Shown here in pieces: positions 1-13,100 of a DNA stretch of 64,000 nt. Source of the DNA: a virus; IMG/VR virus record IMGVR_UViG_3300008448_000045, positions 12,824-76,823 of that record; one strand, given 5' to 3'. Both the position numbers and the translations under genes were made by a program. The notes below the pieces were generated by a model. That model did not search any database and was not told the origin of the DNA. It saw nothing but the letters and a program-made list of their open reading frames with translations. The stretch's first letter is position 1; each line of letters opens with the position of its first letter.

Positions 1-1
1 A

Positions 2-1294
2 AAAGTTACGGGTGCAACAGATGATGTGCCTAATTCAATAAATGATCCTCAACTATTTTCTAAATTAGGAATTAGCAGAAGTCAAATTAATAAAACTTTA
101 GTTCAAGCAGATGGTGATTGCAATGCTATAGGCAAAGCCCCAATGGGACACGACGCCTCAAGAGCTAAACGCCCGTCGATGGCAAACGATGACCAAACTT
201 TTAATGCAAATACAGGCACACCAGACAAAAGCCAAATTAAAACTACACCAGAACTTGTTGATTATACTTTTAGAAATGGCAGCGATGTATTAAAAATTAT
301 TAATGAAGTTATTGTAAAAAGCGGTTACGCTCAAATTGCGCTTGATAAAGATCAAGTTGATAGCAACGGCATGCGCCCAATGTGGAGAGTGGATGTACAA
401 ACTTTTGGAATTAAAACAGAAGCAAATATGAAACAAACTGGAGATTATCCTAAGTTACACGTTTATCGAGTTGTACCTTATAGAATGCACTCTAGTAAGT
501 TGCTTCTTCCTGGAGCCGGTGCCCCTAATACAGAAACGTTAAAGACTCAAGCGGTAAAAGTCTATAATTACATCTACACTGGCAACAACAGAGATATTAT
601 AAAGTTTGATTTTGAAATTGCAAATGCTTTTTATGCGTTATTTGCAGTTAGTGATATTACAATTGGTGATGAGAGAGATAGAGAAAATAGAAATTCTGCT
701 GGTAATGTTCCTGAAGATGTTGCTCTTAAAAATCCGCAAGGTGGCCCTAATCCGGGATTAGGATTTTTACCAAGAATGGCTAAGTTTGTTGGTATACAGT
801 CAACCCTTGACGCTCAAGGAGGATCAATAGGTGATACTCAAGCTACTAGAGCAATGAAACTTTTTCTTGATGCACTAAAAGCAGATACAGACATGTTAAA
901 CATTACAATGGAAATAGTTGGAGATCCTTACTATATTGCCAACAGCGGCCTAGGAAACTATTCTGCATCTCCGTCAACAAATATTAATATTCATGCAGAC
1001 GGCAGCATTAGTTACCAAAACGGTGAAGTTGATATTGTAATTTATTTTAGAAGCCCTGTTGACATAAATCAAACTACTGGATTGTATGATTTTACAAGAA
1101 ACACTAACCTATCAACTATGTTTAGTGGTCTATATAAACTAACAAGCATTACAAGTTCTTTTAAAGCAGGAAAATTTACACAAACACTTCAAGGATACCG
1201 TCGCCCAGGACAAGAAATAACAGATTCTAAATCAAAAGATAATCTGTTATCATCACAAGTGGAAAAACAAAAACCTGCTGAAGCAGCTGGTTAA
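2..1294 (+). CDS. Baseplate hub / tail protein (gp27/GPD-like C-terminus), 5'-truncated
   Basis: Frame is open from position 2, so the gene starts upstream of the window. C-terminal IVGDPY...FSGLYKLTSITSSFKAGKFTQTL is typical of hub proteins. Lies directly before the gp5-like gene. Confidence 0.6.
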   Translation, partial: KVTGATDDVPNSINDPQLFSKLGISRSQINKTLVQADGDCNAIGKAPMGHDASRAKRPSMANDDQTFNANTGTPDKSQIKTTPELVDYTFRNGSDVLKIINEVIVKSGYAQIALDKDQVDSNGMRPMWRVDVQTFGIKTEANMKQTGDYPKLHVYRVVPYRMHSSKLLLPGAGAPNTETLKTQAVKVYNYIYTGNNRDIIKFDFEIANAFYALFAVSDITIGDERDRENRNSAGNVPEDVALKNPQGGPNPGLGFLPRMAKFVGIQSTLDAQGGSIGDTQATRAMKLFLDALKADTDMLNITMEIVGDPYYIANSGLGNYSASPSTNINIHADGSISYQNGEVDIVIYFRSPVDINQTTGLYDFTRNTNLSTMFSGLYKLTSITSSFKAGKFTQTLQGYRRPGQEITDSKSKDNLLSSQVEKQKPAEAAG

Positions 1295-1305
1295 CAAGGG
1301 AAGCT

Positions 1306-3132
1306 ATGTCAGCACAAGATCAAAATACCGGCGACAAACCAATACTACCTGCGTTTCCGTGTTTAGCTAGAGTAGTTAGCTACGCAGATTCAACATTTAT
1401 GGGGCGCCTTGAAGTAATGCTTCTTAGGCAAGGCCCTGGCAACACAGAATCAACTACACAAGTAGTACAAGTTGATATGATTAGTCCATTTTGGGGTAAT
1501 ACCGGAAGAAAATTTGTTACGGCAGACCCAGATGATTACAATAGTACTCAAAAGTCTTACGGTATGTGGTTTATACCGCCGGACTACGGTTCTACAGTTG
1601 TAGTAATTTTCTTAAACGGTGATCCGTCGAGGGGGTATTGGCTTGGTGGCGTCCCTAGCGAGCATATGAATTTTAGTGTACCTGGACTAGCCGCAACAGA
1701 ATTTGTAGTAGAACAAGACGGAGAAAAAGACAACAAAGGCAACGCACCTAGATTGCCAGTAGCCGAGTTTAACAAAGAAGTTAACAATCCAGAATTTAAA
1801 GTTGGCGATGAAACTAAAACAAAAAAACCAAAGCATCCTTTTGCTGATATACTAACAGAGCAAGGGCTAGTTCTCGATGATATTCGAGGAATTACAACTA
1901 GTAGTGCAAGACGAGAAGCACCAAGCCAAGTATTCGGAGTATCAACACCGGGCCCAGTAGACTATAAAGACGGTGCAACACGAGGTCCGGTAGGAAAAGA
2001 AGAAAGCGAGTATCCAAATGCATTTGTAAGTCGGCTCGGCGGCAGCACATTTGTTATGGATGACGGCGATACTACGTTTAGGAGAAGGAAAAAAGCATTT
2101 GAAGGCCCTCCAGATTATGCTGCAATTCTAAACAAAGAATTTGACGGCCTTCCAGATGTCCCTCATAACGAATTAATTAGACTGAGAACAAGAACCGGGC
2201 ATCAAATTTTATTACATAATTCGGAAGATTTAATTTATATTGGCAATGCCAGAGGTACTAGTTGGATAGAATTGTCCAGCGACGGAAAGATAGACATCTA
2301 TGCAGAAGACAGCATTAGTGTACACACTAAACAAGATATTAATTTCTTAGCAGACCGAGATATTAACTTTGAAGCAAAACGAAATTTTAATATTAAAGTT
2401 GGCGAAGAGATGCATACTCATGTTATTAAAAATCAATTGTTAGTAGTAGACGGTGAGCAACAAACTAAAATTAAAGAAAATGCAAGTTTTACCTATGAAA
2501 GCGATTATTTGTCTAGTGCAATAAACTACCATGTTACTTCATCTAAAAATTATAATTTAAAAGTTGATGCAGATTTTAATCTTAAGGTAAAAGTCAACGG
2601 ACAAATTGAAACTACTGGCAACTTAAATATTTTAACCACCGGTAATAATTTTATACAAGCAACTAAGAGCACAGAAATCACGTCAGAGTTTAACAGACTT
2701 TATGCAAAAAAGATTAATCATATTAATGCTGATAGTCAAGTAAGAATTACTGCAAATAACGGCGCAGGTAAAGTGTGGATAAACTCGTCGGCAGAAGCAG
2801 AAAAGCAAACAATTGTTCCAAAAGTAGCAACAGTAGCTACAGAAATTGCCGACGAAGACGTTCCAAAGATATTAAAAACTTTTAGCCTACCAGATGAAAC
2901 TGGAGAAGAGTTGACACAAGCAATTGTAACTAGAGTTCCAACCCACGAGCCTTGGCCACATCATGAAAATTTAGATCCCTTAACTTTTAAAGCTGAAGAA
3001 TTAGATAGGGACTCTAAGGGCAGGTATGAAGAAAACGACGAGTCGTTAGTTACTCCGCCTGACAGTTGGAAATCTTACACTACAGTTTATGATACATTCA
3101 ATCCTCCTCCTCCCGAGGAAGAAGAACAATAA
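1306..3132 (+). CDS. Baseplate central spike, gp5/VgrG-like (OB fold + beta-helix), no lysozyme domain seen
   Basis: OB-fold motifs GRLEV..SYGMWFIPPDYGSTVVVIFLNGDPSRGYWLG; RLRTRTGHQILLHNSE; WIELSSDGKIDIYA; beta-strand repeats; followed by gp25 and gp6. Confidence 0.8.
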   Translation: MSAQDQNTGDKPILPAFPCLARVVSYADSTFMGRLEVMLLRQGPGNTESTTQVVQVDMISPFWGNTGRKFVTADPDDYNSTQKSYGMWFIPPDYGSTVVVIFLNGDPSRGYWLGGVPSEHMNFSVPGLAATEFVVEQDGEKDNKGNAPRLPVAEFNKEVNNPEFKVGDETKTKKPKHPFADILTEQGLVLDDIRGITTSSARREAPSQVFGVSTPGPVDYKDGATRGPVGKEESEYPNAFVSRLGGSTFVMDDGDTTFRRRKKAFEGPPDYAAILNKEFDGLPDVPHNELIRLRTRTGHQILLHNSEDLIYIGNARGTSWIELSSDGKIDIYAEDSISVHTKQDINFLADRDINFEAKRNFNIKVGEEMHTHVIKNQLLVVDGEQQTKIKENASFTYESDYLSSAINYHVTSSKNYNLKVDADFNLKVKVNGQIETTGNLNILTTGNNFIQATKSTEITSEFNRLYAKKINHINADSQVRITANNGAGKVWINSSAEAEKQTIVPKVATVATEIADEDVPKILKTFSLPDETGEELTQAIVTRVPTHEPWPHHENLDPLTFKAEELDRDSKGRYEENDESLVTPPDSWKSYTTVYDTFNPPPPEEEEQ

Positions 3133-3143
3133 GGAGAGACAAT

Positions 3144-3590
3144 ATGTCTTCTAATGCTAATTTATACGACAAAATAACCTTAACAGGCAAACCAAAAACT
3201 GTTTCTAATATTACACCTAAAACATATAAAGGTTTTAGCACAGTTAATACATCAACAGAGAATTTTGGATTGTTTGATTTTGAATTAATCAAACAAGATC
3301 TTATTAATATGTTTAATATCCGCATGGGCGAGCGTCTGATGCAACCTGAGTTTGGTACTATTATATGGGACCTATTATACGAACCTATGACAGATGAAGT
3401 TAAGTATGCAATTCAAGAAAATGTTAATACAATTATAAATTACGACCCCCGAATAAGAGCAGAGCAGGTAATTGTAACACCGTATGAAAGCGGAATACAA
3501 ATAGAATGTGTGCTATCATATTTGCCCTATAACATACAACAATCATTGCAAATTAGATTTGACCAAGAAAACGGATTGTTGATGGCATAA
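3144..3590 (+). CDS. Baseplate wedge protein gp25-like
   Basis: LIKQDLINMFNIRMGERLMQPEFGTIIWDLLYEP...YDPRI matches the GPW/gp25 signature. Confidence 0.9.
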   Translation: MSSNANLYDKITLTGKPKTVSNITPKTYKGFSTVNTSTENFGLFDFELIKQDLINMFNIRMGERLMQPEFGTIIWDLLYEPMTDEVKYAIQENVNTIINYDPRIRAEQVIVTPYESGIQIECVLSYLPYNIQQSLQIRFDQENGLLMA

Positions 3591-3612
3591 TATATGCACT
3601 TAATTGTATTCG

Positions 3613-3619
3613 ATAAATA
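3613..3619 (+). promoter_or_regulatory. Putative T4-like late promoter core ATAAATA
   Basis: Intergenic, 20 nt before gp6. The same heptamer precedes three other structural genes. Confidence 0.55.
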
Positions 3620-3639
3620 TTGATATAATAGGATAAATC

Positions 3640-6600
3640 ATGAGTGTTACCAATAGACAGAATAGATTACTAGTTACACAAGACTGGAAAAAAGTTTATC
3701 AATCTTTTAAAAACGCAGATTTTCAAAGCTACGATTTTGAAAATTTACGTCGTACAATGATTGATTATATTCGAACTAACTATCCTGAAGATTTCAACGA
3801 CTATATTGAGTCAAGTGAATATCTTGCACTTATTGATTTAATTGCTTTTTTAGGGCAAAGTATTGCATTTAGAGTTGATCTAAATGCTCGCGAAAACTTT
3901 TTAGAATTAGCAGAACGTCGTGACAGTGTATTACGCCTAGCACGGATGATTAGTTATAATGCTAAACGCAATATTCCAAGCCAAGGACTTTTAAAGTTTA
4001 CTACAATTTCAACAACTGAGAATGTTATTGACAGCAACGGTAGAAATCTTGCTAATCAAACAGTATCTTGGAACGACCCAAGTAATTCAAACTGGTATGA
4101 TCAGTTTATTAAAATAATTAATGCCGCACTACCCGGCACTCAACAATTTGGTAATCCAGCAGATAGCGGTAATGTCTACGGCATACCAACAGAACAATAT
4201 AGATTTCAAAGTTCAAATACTAATGTTCCGATTTATGCTTTTACTAAAATTGTAGATGGACGATCTATGAATTTTGAAATTACTAGTACAGTATTTTCAA
4301 ATAACGGATACATTTACGAAGAACCACCAAAACTTGGAAACAAATTATCTTTCATATATAGAGATGATGGCCGTGGATTAGGTAGTGCCTCTAGCGGATT
4401 CTTTTTAAACTTTACAGAAGGTACTCTGAATACAGGTACTTTTACTATTAATCAACCTAGTAGTAATCAATCTGTTGACATAGATGCACAAAATATTAAT
4501 AATAACGATGTTTGGTTGTATAGTTTAGACACTATTGGTGCAGAATCAAATTTGTGGACTCAGGTATCTAACTTTAAAGGTAACAACGTAATTTATAATA
4601 GTATTAATAAAGATATAAGAAACATTTATTCCGCAATTACTAGAGCAAATGACACTATTAGTTTGCAGTTTAGCGATGGAATATTTGGTGATTTACCTCG
4701 AGGCACTTTTAGAACTTATTATAGAACTAGCAACGGATTGCAATATACAATTAATCCAAGAGATATAAGAAATGTTTCTATTAACATAAATTATTTTTCA
4801 GCTCAAGGCCAGCAACAAACTTTAACAGTTACTCTTGCACTGTCTTCAAGTGTTTCTACTTCGTCTGTTACGGAGTCAAACGAAAGCATAAAAGCAAATG
4901 CACCTGCAAACTACTACACTCAAAGTAGAATGATTACAGGAGAAGACTATAACATTAGTCCGTTAGCTGTAAGTTCTCAAATAGCAAAAATTAAAGCCGT
5001 TAACAGATCAAGTAGCGGTGTTAGCAGATATTTTGATCTAGCAGACCCTACTGGCAAATACAGTTCTACAAAATTATTTGCTGATGACGGAATTCTATAT
5101 ACTGAAAACTACAATGGTAGTTTAAGATTTAGTTACAAGAATAAAACTGATATCGAAGGCATCGTATACAATGATGTTTATGATTTATTAAGACGTCCTA
5201 ATCTAAAACATTTTTATTATTCTAATAATGTAAGTTTAATTACGGCTAGTTTAAATGTTGTGTGGAACATGGTGACACAAGATACTGGCATGTCTACCGG
5301 GTATGTTGGAAATTTAACAGATGGAATCATTTATAAAGTTGGATCATTTACTCCAACTGATTTAAAATTTTTAAAACCAAATGCACTTGTTAAATTCAAC
5401 GCTCCACCTGGTTATTATTTTGATACAAATAAATCTAACAAGCTAGTGTTAGGGTCGTCTGCTGAAAAAGGCGCCTTAACGTCTATTTGGGCAGAAGTTA
5501 TTAGTGTAGTCGACGACGGAACAGCATCGGGCAAAGGTGTATTAAATTCAGGATTTGGCCCAATAACACTTAATAAGACAGTTCCTAGTAACTCAATTAT
5601 TAGTGAAGTCATTTCTCCATGGAGAATGTCTATTGAAAGTAGTGTAATTACCACTATGATTGATTTAATCTTCAATAATAAACCGTTTGGTTTGAGATAT
5701 GACTCTTCAGTCCAACAATGGAAAATTGTATTTGAAACTAATTTAAACACGGTTTCAAATTTTAGCCTAGCCAATGCTGGCGATATTACAGGTAAATCGT
5801 TAGATGCAAGTTGGATGTTGTTGTTTACAACGGACAACGAGTTTTATACTATAACCACTCGAGAGCAACAGTATATTTTTGAAAGTGAAAATCAATTAAG
5901 ATTCTTCCTTGACGATCAATCAGATATCTACGACAGCACTACACGATTAGTTATTAAAGATACGTTATCAGTATTAGGAATCAATTCTCAACCAGACACA
6001 AATATGCCTTATACAGTTGATCATATTTGGGAAATAGTGTCAGAGTTTAACGGATTAGATGGATATGTTGATAATAAAAAAATCATTGTAAGTTTTGCCG
6101 ATTCAGACAATAACAGCGTTGTTGATAACCCTGACTTATTCTTAAATATTGTATCACCGTTAACTAACGTTACTAAAAAATATATTTTACAAGAAAAATA
6201 TACAATAGCTGAAGGCCAGGATGATTATAGATATGTTTCTAATCACGATGATAAAGTTATTATTTTAGATAGCGAAGGGTCTGTTGGATCAAAACAAAAA
6301 TACGTTGCAGGCCAACACTTTTATTTTATTGATAAAAAAGTTGTAAAACAATTGAACTCAACAAAAGACGAACTTATTCCTAGTTTAAATTATAAACTTT
6401 TTGTTGGAAGAGATAGTTTAAAGTTTCAATATAATCATTATGCAAAGTATGATTCAAGAATTGACCCAGGCGTGAGCAATTTAATTGATGTATTTGTATT
6501 AATTAAGAATTACGATATTGCATTTAGACAATGGTTACTCAAACCAACACTCTCTAAACCATTGCCCCCTAGCTCGGCTGAGATATTTGACTCAATTTCA

Positions 6601-7107
6601 CCAGAGTTAAACTTAATAAAATCAATAAGCGATGAAATAATTTATCATCCGGCAAGCTACAAGATACTTTTTGGATCAATGGCCGAGTTAGAATTGCAAG
6701 CAAGTTTTAAGGTTGTTAAAAATCCTTCACAGGTCATATCAGATAGCGATATAAAGTTACAAGTTGTTACAGCCATTAACCAATTTTTTAATTTAAGCAA
6801 TTGGGAATTTGGCGACACATTCTATTTTACAGAGTTAGCTACCTACGTAACTTCTACTCTAGCACCAAACATAGCAAATTTTGTTATTGTTCCTAGAAAA
6901 GAAGGTTTAAATTTTGGTAGTCTTTTTGAAGTTAAATCTGCAAGTGATCAGTTGTTTATAAGTGGAGCAACTGTTGACGATGTTGAAGTTGTTACAGGAT
7001 TAACATCAAGTTCTATTAAAGCAATAACTAGTACACAAGCAGATGCGGTTAACATCACCCAACAAAATGTTACAAGTTCACCCTACGGAGTAATGAATGG
7101 CAGATAA
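3640..7107 (+). CDS. Baseplate wedge protein gp6-like
   Basis: DFENLRRTMIDYI..DFNDYIESS..LIDLIAF..ENFLELAERRDSVLRLARMISY; FSDGIFG; ESIKANAP..TQSRMITGEDY. Confidence 0.85.
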   Translation: MSVTNRQNRLLVTQDWKKVYQSFKNADFQSYDFENLRRTMIDYIRTNYPEDFNDYIESSEYLALIDLIAFLGQSIAFRVDLNARENFLELAERRDSVLRLARMISYNAKRNIPSQGLLKFTTISTTENVIDSNGRNLANQTVSWNDPSNSNWYDQFIKIINAALPGTQQFGNPADSGNVYGIPTEQYRFQSSNTNVPIYAFTKIVDGRSMNFEITSTVFSNNGYIYEEPPKLGNKLSFIYRDDGRGLGSASSGFFLNFTEGTLNTGTFTINQPSSNQSVDIDAQNINNNDVWLYSLDTIGAESNLWTQVSNFKGNNVIYNSINKDIRNIYSAITRANDTISLQFSDGIFGDLPRGTFRTYYRTSNGLQYTINPRDIRNVSININYFSAQGQQQTLTVTLALSSSVSTSSVTESNESIKANAPANYYTQSRMITGEDYNISPLAVSSQIAKIKAVNRSSSGVSRYFDLADPTGKYSSTKLFADDGILYTENYNGSLRFSYKNKTDIEGIVYNDVYDLLRRPNLKHFYYSNNVSLITASLNVVWNMVTQDTGMSTGYVGNLTDGIIYKVGSFTPTDLKFLKPNALVKFNAPPGYYFDTNKSNKLVLGSSAEKGALTSIWAEVISVVDDGTASGKGVLNSGFGPITLNKTVPSNSIISEVISPWRMSIESSVITTMIDLIFNNKPFGLRYDSSVQQWKIVFETNLNTVSNFSLANAGDITGKSLDASWMLLFTTDNEFYTITTREQQYIFESENQLRFFLDDQSDIYDSTTRLVIKDTLSVLGINSQPDTNMPYTVDHIWEIVSEFNGLDGYVDNKKIIVSFADSDNNSVVDNPDLFLNIVSPLTNVTKKYILQEKYTIAEGQDDYRYVSNHDDKVIILDSEGSVGSKQKYVAGQHFYFIDKKVVKQLNSTKDELIPSLNYKLFVGRDSLKFQYNHYAKYDSRIDPGVSNLIDVFVLIKNYDIAFRQWLLKPTLSKPLPPSSAEIFDSISPELNLIKSISDEIIYHPASYKILFGSMAELELQASFKVVKNPSQVISDSDIKLQVVTAINQFFNLSNWEFGDTFYFTELATYVTSTLAPNIANFVIVPRKEGLNFGSLFEVKSASDQLFISGATVDDVEVVTGLTSSSIKAITSTQADAVNITQQNVTSSPYGVMNGR

Positions 7108-10100
7108 AACAAATCCAAATGCAAATTTTGGAAACATAACATCGGCAGACTTTTTGCCAAAGTTTTATCAAACTACGGCAAATAAAAAGTTTTTACAGGC
7201 AACAGTAGATCAATTAATTCAACCTGGCACTGTTAAAAAAATTAATGGATACATTGGTCAAGAAAACGCCAAGGCTACCTCCGGAGATGATATTTTTATT
7301 AAAGCTGCTAATAGTGTCCGACAGCAGTACCAGCTTGAACCGGGATTTATAGTAACTGACGAATTAGGTAATAATAATTTTTTTAAAGATTATCAAGATT
7401 ATATTAACCAACTAGGGGTGTTTGGTGGTAATACTAAAGATCATTCTAGATTAAATCAACAAGAGTTTTATTCTTGGGATCCACATATTGATTGGGATAA
7501 GTTTGTAAATTTCCAAAATTATTATTGGTTGCCGTACGGACCAGACGCTATAGAAATTTCCGGCCAACAAGAAAAAATTGAAAGTGTTTATAAAGTAAGA
7601 TTAGAATCACAGTTAAGCAATAATGCTTATATTTTTACTCCTGACGGCTTTGAGAGAAATCCTTCATTAAAACTTTACAAAGGTCAAACTTATATTTTTG
7701 AAATTGATAGTCCTAGTAATCCTTTTGTTATTAAAACACACAGGTCTTCAGGTACATTAGACAAATATCTAAGTGATCTTCTTGTTTATAAAACAGCAGA
7801 CGAAAAAATTACAGAAGCTGTTGAAAGCGGAACTATTACATTTACTGTTCCGTTTGACTGCCCTGATATTTTATTTTATGTTAGCACAACAGATGTGAAT
7901 GTTGGCGGAGTAATCTATGTAACATCAATTGAAGAAAATACATCAATTAATGTTGAAGAAGAAGTACTAGGTAAAAAGAACTATCATCTTCCTGCCGGAT
8001 TTAATCTTAGCAACGGCATGAAGGTAAGATTTGTTGGAAATGTTACACCGGAAAAATATAAAGACACTAACTGGTATGTAGAGGGTGTAGGCAATGAGAT
8101 ATCTTTAATTAACGAAAAAGATTTAGATATTGTTGGCAAATATACAGATATAGAGTCTGTGTTATTTGATAGCACCCCATTTGATAGTTTACCTTTTAGC
8201 GATGCAACAACATTTGCAGGCCAAAAAGATTATATTGTTATTAATCGTGCAAGCTCTGATAGGAATCCTTGGTCAAGATATAATAGATGGTTTCACAAAG
8301 ACGTTGTTGAAACTAGTGCTAAAATAAATGGACAAAATACTGCAAACTTGGACCAAGATGCTAGAGCTGTTAGGCCTATTATTGAATTTGAAGCAGGCTT
8401 AAAATTATTTAATTTTGGTTTAAATTCCATTTCAAATATTGACCTAATTGACACGTTTACAAAAGACGTTTTTTCAAATATTGAAGGTCAATTGGGGTAC
8501 AATATTGACGGTGTTCAAATAATTGAAGGACATAGAATTTTATTTGTTGCCGACGAAGATATTTTAGTTAACAACAAAATATATCGAGTTGAATTTTTAA
8601 CCTACGAAGGCGAAAGAAGAATACACTTGCAAGAAGAAGTTTCTCCTAATATCAACGACGTATTGGTTATTGATGCTGGAGAAATAAATCAAGGGTTGGC
8701 CTATTGGTTTAATGGCACATCTTGGGATTTAGCCCAGCAAAAAAATACAGTAAATCAACCTCCTCTATTTGATGTTTTTGATAATAATTTAATTAGCTTT
8801 GGTGATGTAACAGAGTATCCAGGATCAACTTTCATTGGTACAAAAATATTTTCTTACAAAATTGGTCTAGGATCTAATGATTTAAAATTAGGATTTCCTT
8901 TAACTTATAAAAATATTAGTAACATTGGTGATATTGTATTTGAGTTTAATCTTTCTTGGGATACATTTCAATATAAGACAGACAGTAATCTGGTAACACA
9001 AAAAATTGATGTTGGATATTTGTATAAAAAATCTAATTACAGCCACAATTATATTAACGGTTGGCAAACTTGTAAGACAACTACAACACAAGCAGCAATT
9101 AGAATATACAAAAATTCTAATATTACAAATAATTTTAAGTTAGACATCTTTGACAATGTTGATCAGCTAGAAGATCTCATAATTAAAGTTTACGTCAACG
9201 GAGTTAGATTAGATGGTGCTAAGTGGTCTTTAATTACAAATAATAGTTTTAAAGAAATATTGTTAAATGAAGACATTAAAACATCTGATGTATTGACAAT
9301 AAAAGCATATACAGCTCAACCTGTAAACAACAATGGGTATTATGAAGTCCCAATAAATTTACAGAACAATCCATTAAATGAACCAGTTCAACTGTTCACA
9401 TTAGGTGAAGTTATTGATCATGTATCTTCGATAGAAAATAATGTTCCTTTTACTGGACCGTTAAGAGATTTAGGAAATATTACTCAGTACGGAACACGAT
9501 TTGTACAACACAGTGGGCCATTAAGTTTAGCAATTTACCATTTAACAAATGAGAAAAATAATATTGTAAAAGCAATAGAATTAGCTCGAGACGACTACGG
9601 TAAATTTAAACGACAATTTATTTTAATTGCTGACAAGTTTGGAGAAGATATTGATATACCTTCACAGGTAGATAAGATTCTTCAAATTATGAATAAAGAC
9701 AAGCCTAAAAATAGTCCTTACTATTTTAGCGACATGGTTCCTTTTATTTCTTGTGTTAGCAATGAGTATGAAGTTATTGATTCAAGAATAAAAACATATC
9801 CATTAATTAATAATTTTAACCTAGATACTTTATCATCAAGAGCTGTATTAGTATACATTAACGGAACACAAAAACTTGCAAGAAAAGATTACACATTTAA
9901 TGATCAAGGGTTTATTGTTATCACATCTTCTATTAATGTAGGAGATAAGATTAAAATTTGTGAGTATGAAAATACAAGTGGCTGTTTTATGCCACCTACT
10001 CCTACTAAATTAGGTTTGTGGCCTGCCTACGAACCAAAAATTTATCTTGATACTAGTTTAGTAACACCTAGGGTAATGATACAAGGACATGACGGTAGTC

Positions 10101-13100
10101 AAATTTTAGCTTACGGTGACTATAGGGATGTTTTATTATTAGAGTTAGAAACAAGAATATTTAATAATATTAAAGTTACATACGATACATCTATTTTTGA
10201 CATATGGGATATTGTTCCCGGATATAATAGAAAAAATAATTATTCTTTAGAAGAATACAACAATGTTCTTGCTCCTTCTTTTTATAAGTGGAGTAGTTTA
10301 GTAAATAAAGATTTTACAAAACCTTTAAGTTTTGATAAAACTAATTCTTTAACTTTTAATTATAAAGATAACTTTTCACTTAACGGAACTGATGTTCCAG
10401 GATACTGGAGAGGAATTTATAGATGGATGCTAGATACTGATCGTCCAAATATTGCCCCGTGGGAAATGTTAGGATTTTCAATACAGCCAACATGGTGGGA
10501 AGATGTATATGGTCCTGCTCCGTACACTAGTGACAATTTAATTCTATGGAACGATTTAGCAGACGGTATTATTAGAAAACCTAACAGTCCTGCTGTTTCA
10601 AACAAAAAGTTTCAAAGACCATTTTTAAAAACAAACATTCCTGTTAACGATCAAGGAAACATTATAAGTCCTGCCACTTCAGGATTGGTCAACGGCGTTA
10701 TTATGCCGTCAATCGTTGACAATTTTGTCTTTGGCGATGTTAGCCCAGTTGAAGCAGCATGGCGCCGTAGTAGTTATTATTCTTTTAGTGTTATATTAGC
10801 AGCTATTTTATTACAACCAGCTAAAACATTAGGTTCTTGTTTTGACTTATCAAGAACTAAAAGGAATCTTGCAGGACAGTTAATTTACTCAGACACTGGA
10901 TTACGTATAGCACCGTCGGACCTTAAAATACCAAACGTCTACACAAGTACTGAACGAACACAAACAGCTGGCTTAATTAATTACATAATTGATTACATCG
11001 TAAGCGATAATTTAAGTTTGTACAATGCCTACATTTACGATCTTAAAAATTTGCAGGCAAGACTTACTCACAGAATAGGCGGCTTTACTAGTAAAGAAAA
11101 ATTTAATTTACTGTTAGACAGTAAAACTCCAACCAGTAAAGGAAGCGTGTTTATACCGCAAGAAGACTATTCAATTATATTGAACAGTTCAAGTCCAATT
11201 AAAAAGTTAAGTTATAGTGGTGTTATAATTACAAAATTACCTATTGGGTTTGGCACTGGCTTTGGATTTGAAGTTAAGGGCTACAGCAAAACAACCCCAT
11301 ACTTTATCTATTACCCATATACACAACCTGGTAGTATAGTAAACGTTGGCGGGATATCAGAGGCATTTACAACTTGGTCAACAAATTCTCGCTATGCCGC
11401 AGGAAAGATTGTTTCTTATAATAATAATTTTTTTAGATCAAAAGTTTTACATACTACAACAGATGAATTTATCCCAACCTTTTACGAAGTATTAGGATCC
11501 CTACCAGTTGTAGGCGGCCAAACAGCGTACATAAGAGATACATGGGATAAAACTAGTCCACAAACTATACCCTATGGTACAACATTTTATACGATTCAAG
11601 AAGTAGTTGATTTTCTATTAGGCTACGGAGAATGGCTAAAAGATCAAGGCTTTGTATTTGATGATTTTAATACGGCTATGGAAGCAATAGCTAATTGGGA
11701 AACTAGTGCAAAAGAGTTTTTGTTTTGGACTACCCAAAATTGGTCTATAGGCAAGGATAAATGGAAAGAATGGAAACCTAATACATTCATATCTGTGGGG
11801 TCAGTAGTTCGATATAATTCAGAGTATTACAGGGCAATTGTTGATGCTCAAGAATCGACAATTTTTGTTGAGCAAAATTATGTTAAATTAGACTACTTAA
11901 CTGACCTAGGAAGTTCAGTTATTAGTTTAAGTCCTAGTGCAAATAAAATTTCTTTCAAAGCTGAGTTGTCAATTGCAGAAGATATTAGAAATCCTTTTAA
12001 TCCGTACGAAATCGTTAAGGTAGACGGAACGCCAATTTTACCAGAATTTATAAATTCTTACAGAAAAGAAAATAACATGAGCTACTCGTCGACTAATGGC
12101 GACGGAATTTACGGTGCTTCATTTTACTTAATACAAAAAGAACAAGTAGTGGTGTTGAATAACTCTACTATGTTTAATGATACTATCTATAGTACTTCAA
12201 GTGGTTATAGACAGCAAAGAATAAAAGCTGCAGGTTATGTAAGCACTAATTGGCAAGGGTCGTTTGACGTGCCAGGATTTATTTTTGATCAAGCATACAT
12301 ACTTCCTTGGGAACCTTGGAAAGATTATGTGCTAGGAGATATTGTTAGATATAAAGAATTTTATTATACTGCCATAACATCTTTGCCAGGAGCTGAAATA
12401 TTTGATCTTGAAAGTTGGACAAAATTAGACAAAACTCCAAGCCCGGAATTGTTGCCTAATTGGAATTACAAAGCTACACAGTTTACTGATTTTTATAATC
12501 TAGACAGCGACAATTTTGATATTAGTCAACAAAAAGTAGCGCAACATTTAATAGGTTATCAAAAGAGACAGTACCTTGAAAATATTATTCAAGACGACGT
12601 AAGTGAGTTTAAATTTTATCAAGGAATGATAGGCGAAAAAGGCACTAATAATGCACTTAATAAATTATTTGATGTCTTAAGTGCCAGCAATAAAGAAAGT
12701 GTTGATTTTTTTGAAGAATGGGCTTTACGTGTAGGACAGTACGGTGCTAGTCAGTCTTTTGATTCTCTAGAGTTTATTCTGGATGAAAGATTATTTAAAA
12801 ACAATCCTCAAGGATTTGAACTAGTAAATGAAACTAACTCAAATACTTTTGATTTTATAATTCGCCAAACTCCGGCAGATGTCTATCTTAAACCGTTAGG
12901 GTATAATAGTAAACCTTGGAGATTATTAACAAATAATTCTTCTTATTTAAGATCTCCAGGATATGTTAGACCCGACTCTGTTAAACTGTTGTTAAGATCA
13001 ATTGACGACATAGTTAATGAAGATGTGACAAGTTTTGTTGAAGGTGAGCATGTTTGGTGCGGCTTTGAAGGCGCATCGTGGAATGTTTACAGATACACTG

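Noticed and set aside
1-7107. Bacterial T6SS or extracellular contractile injection system (VgrG/gp25/gp6-like genes)
   Set aside because: Context includes polB, clamp, RNase H, thyX and late-promoter motifs, which indicates a lytic phage. No Tss membrane or ClpV genes.
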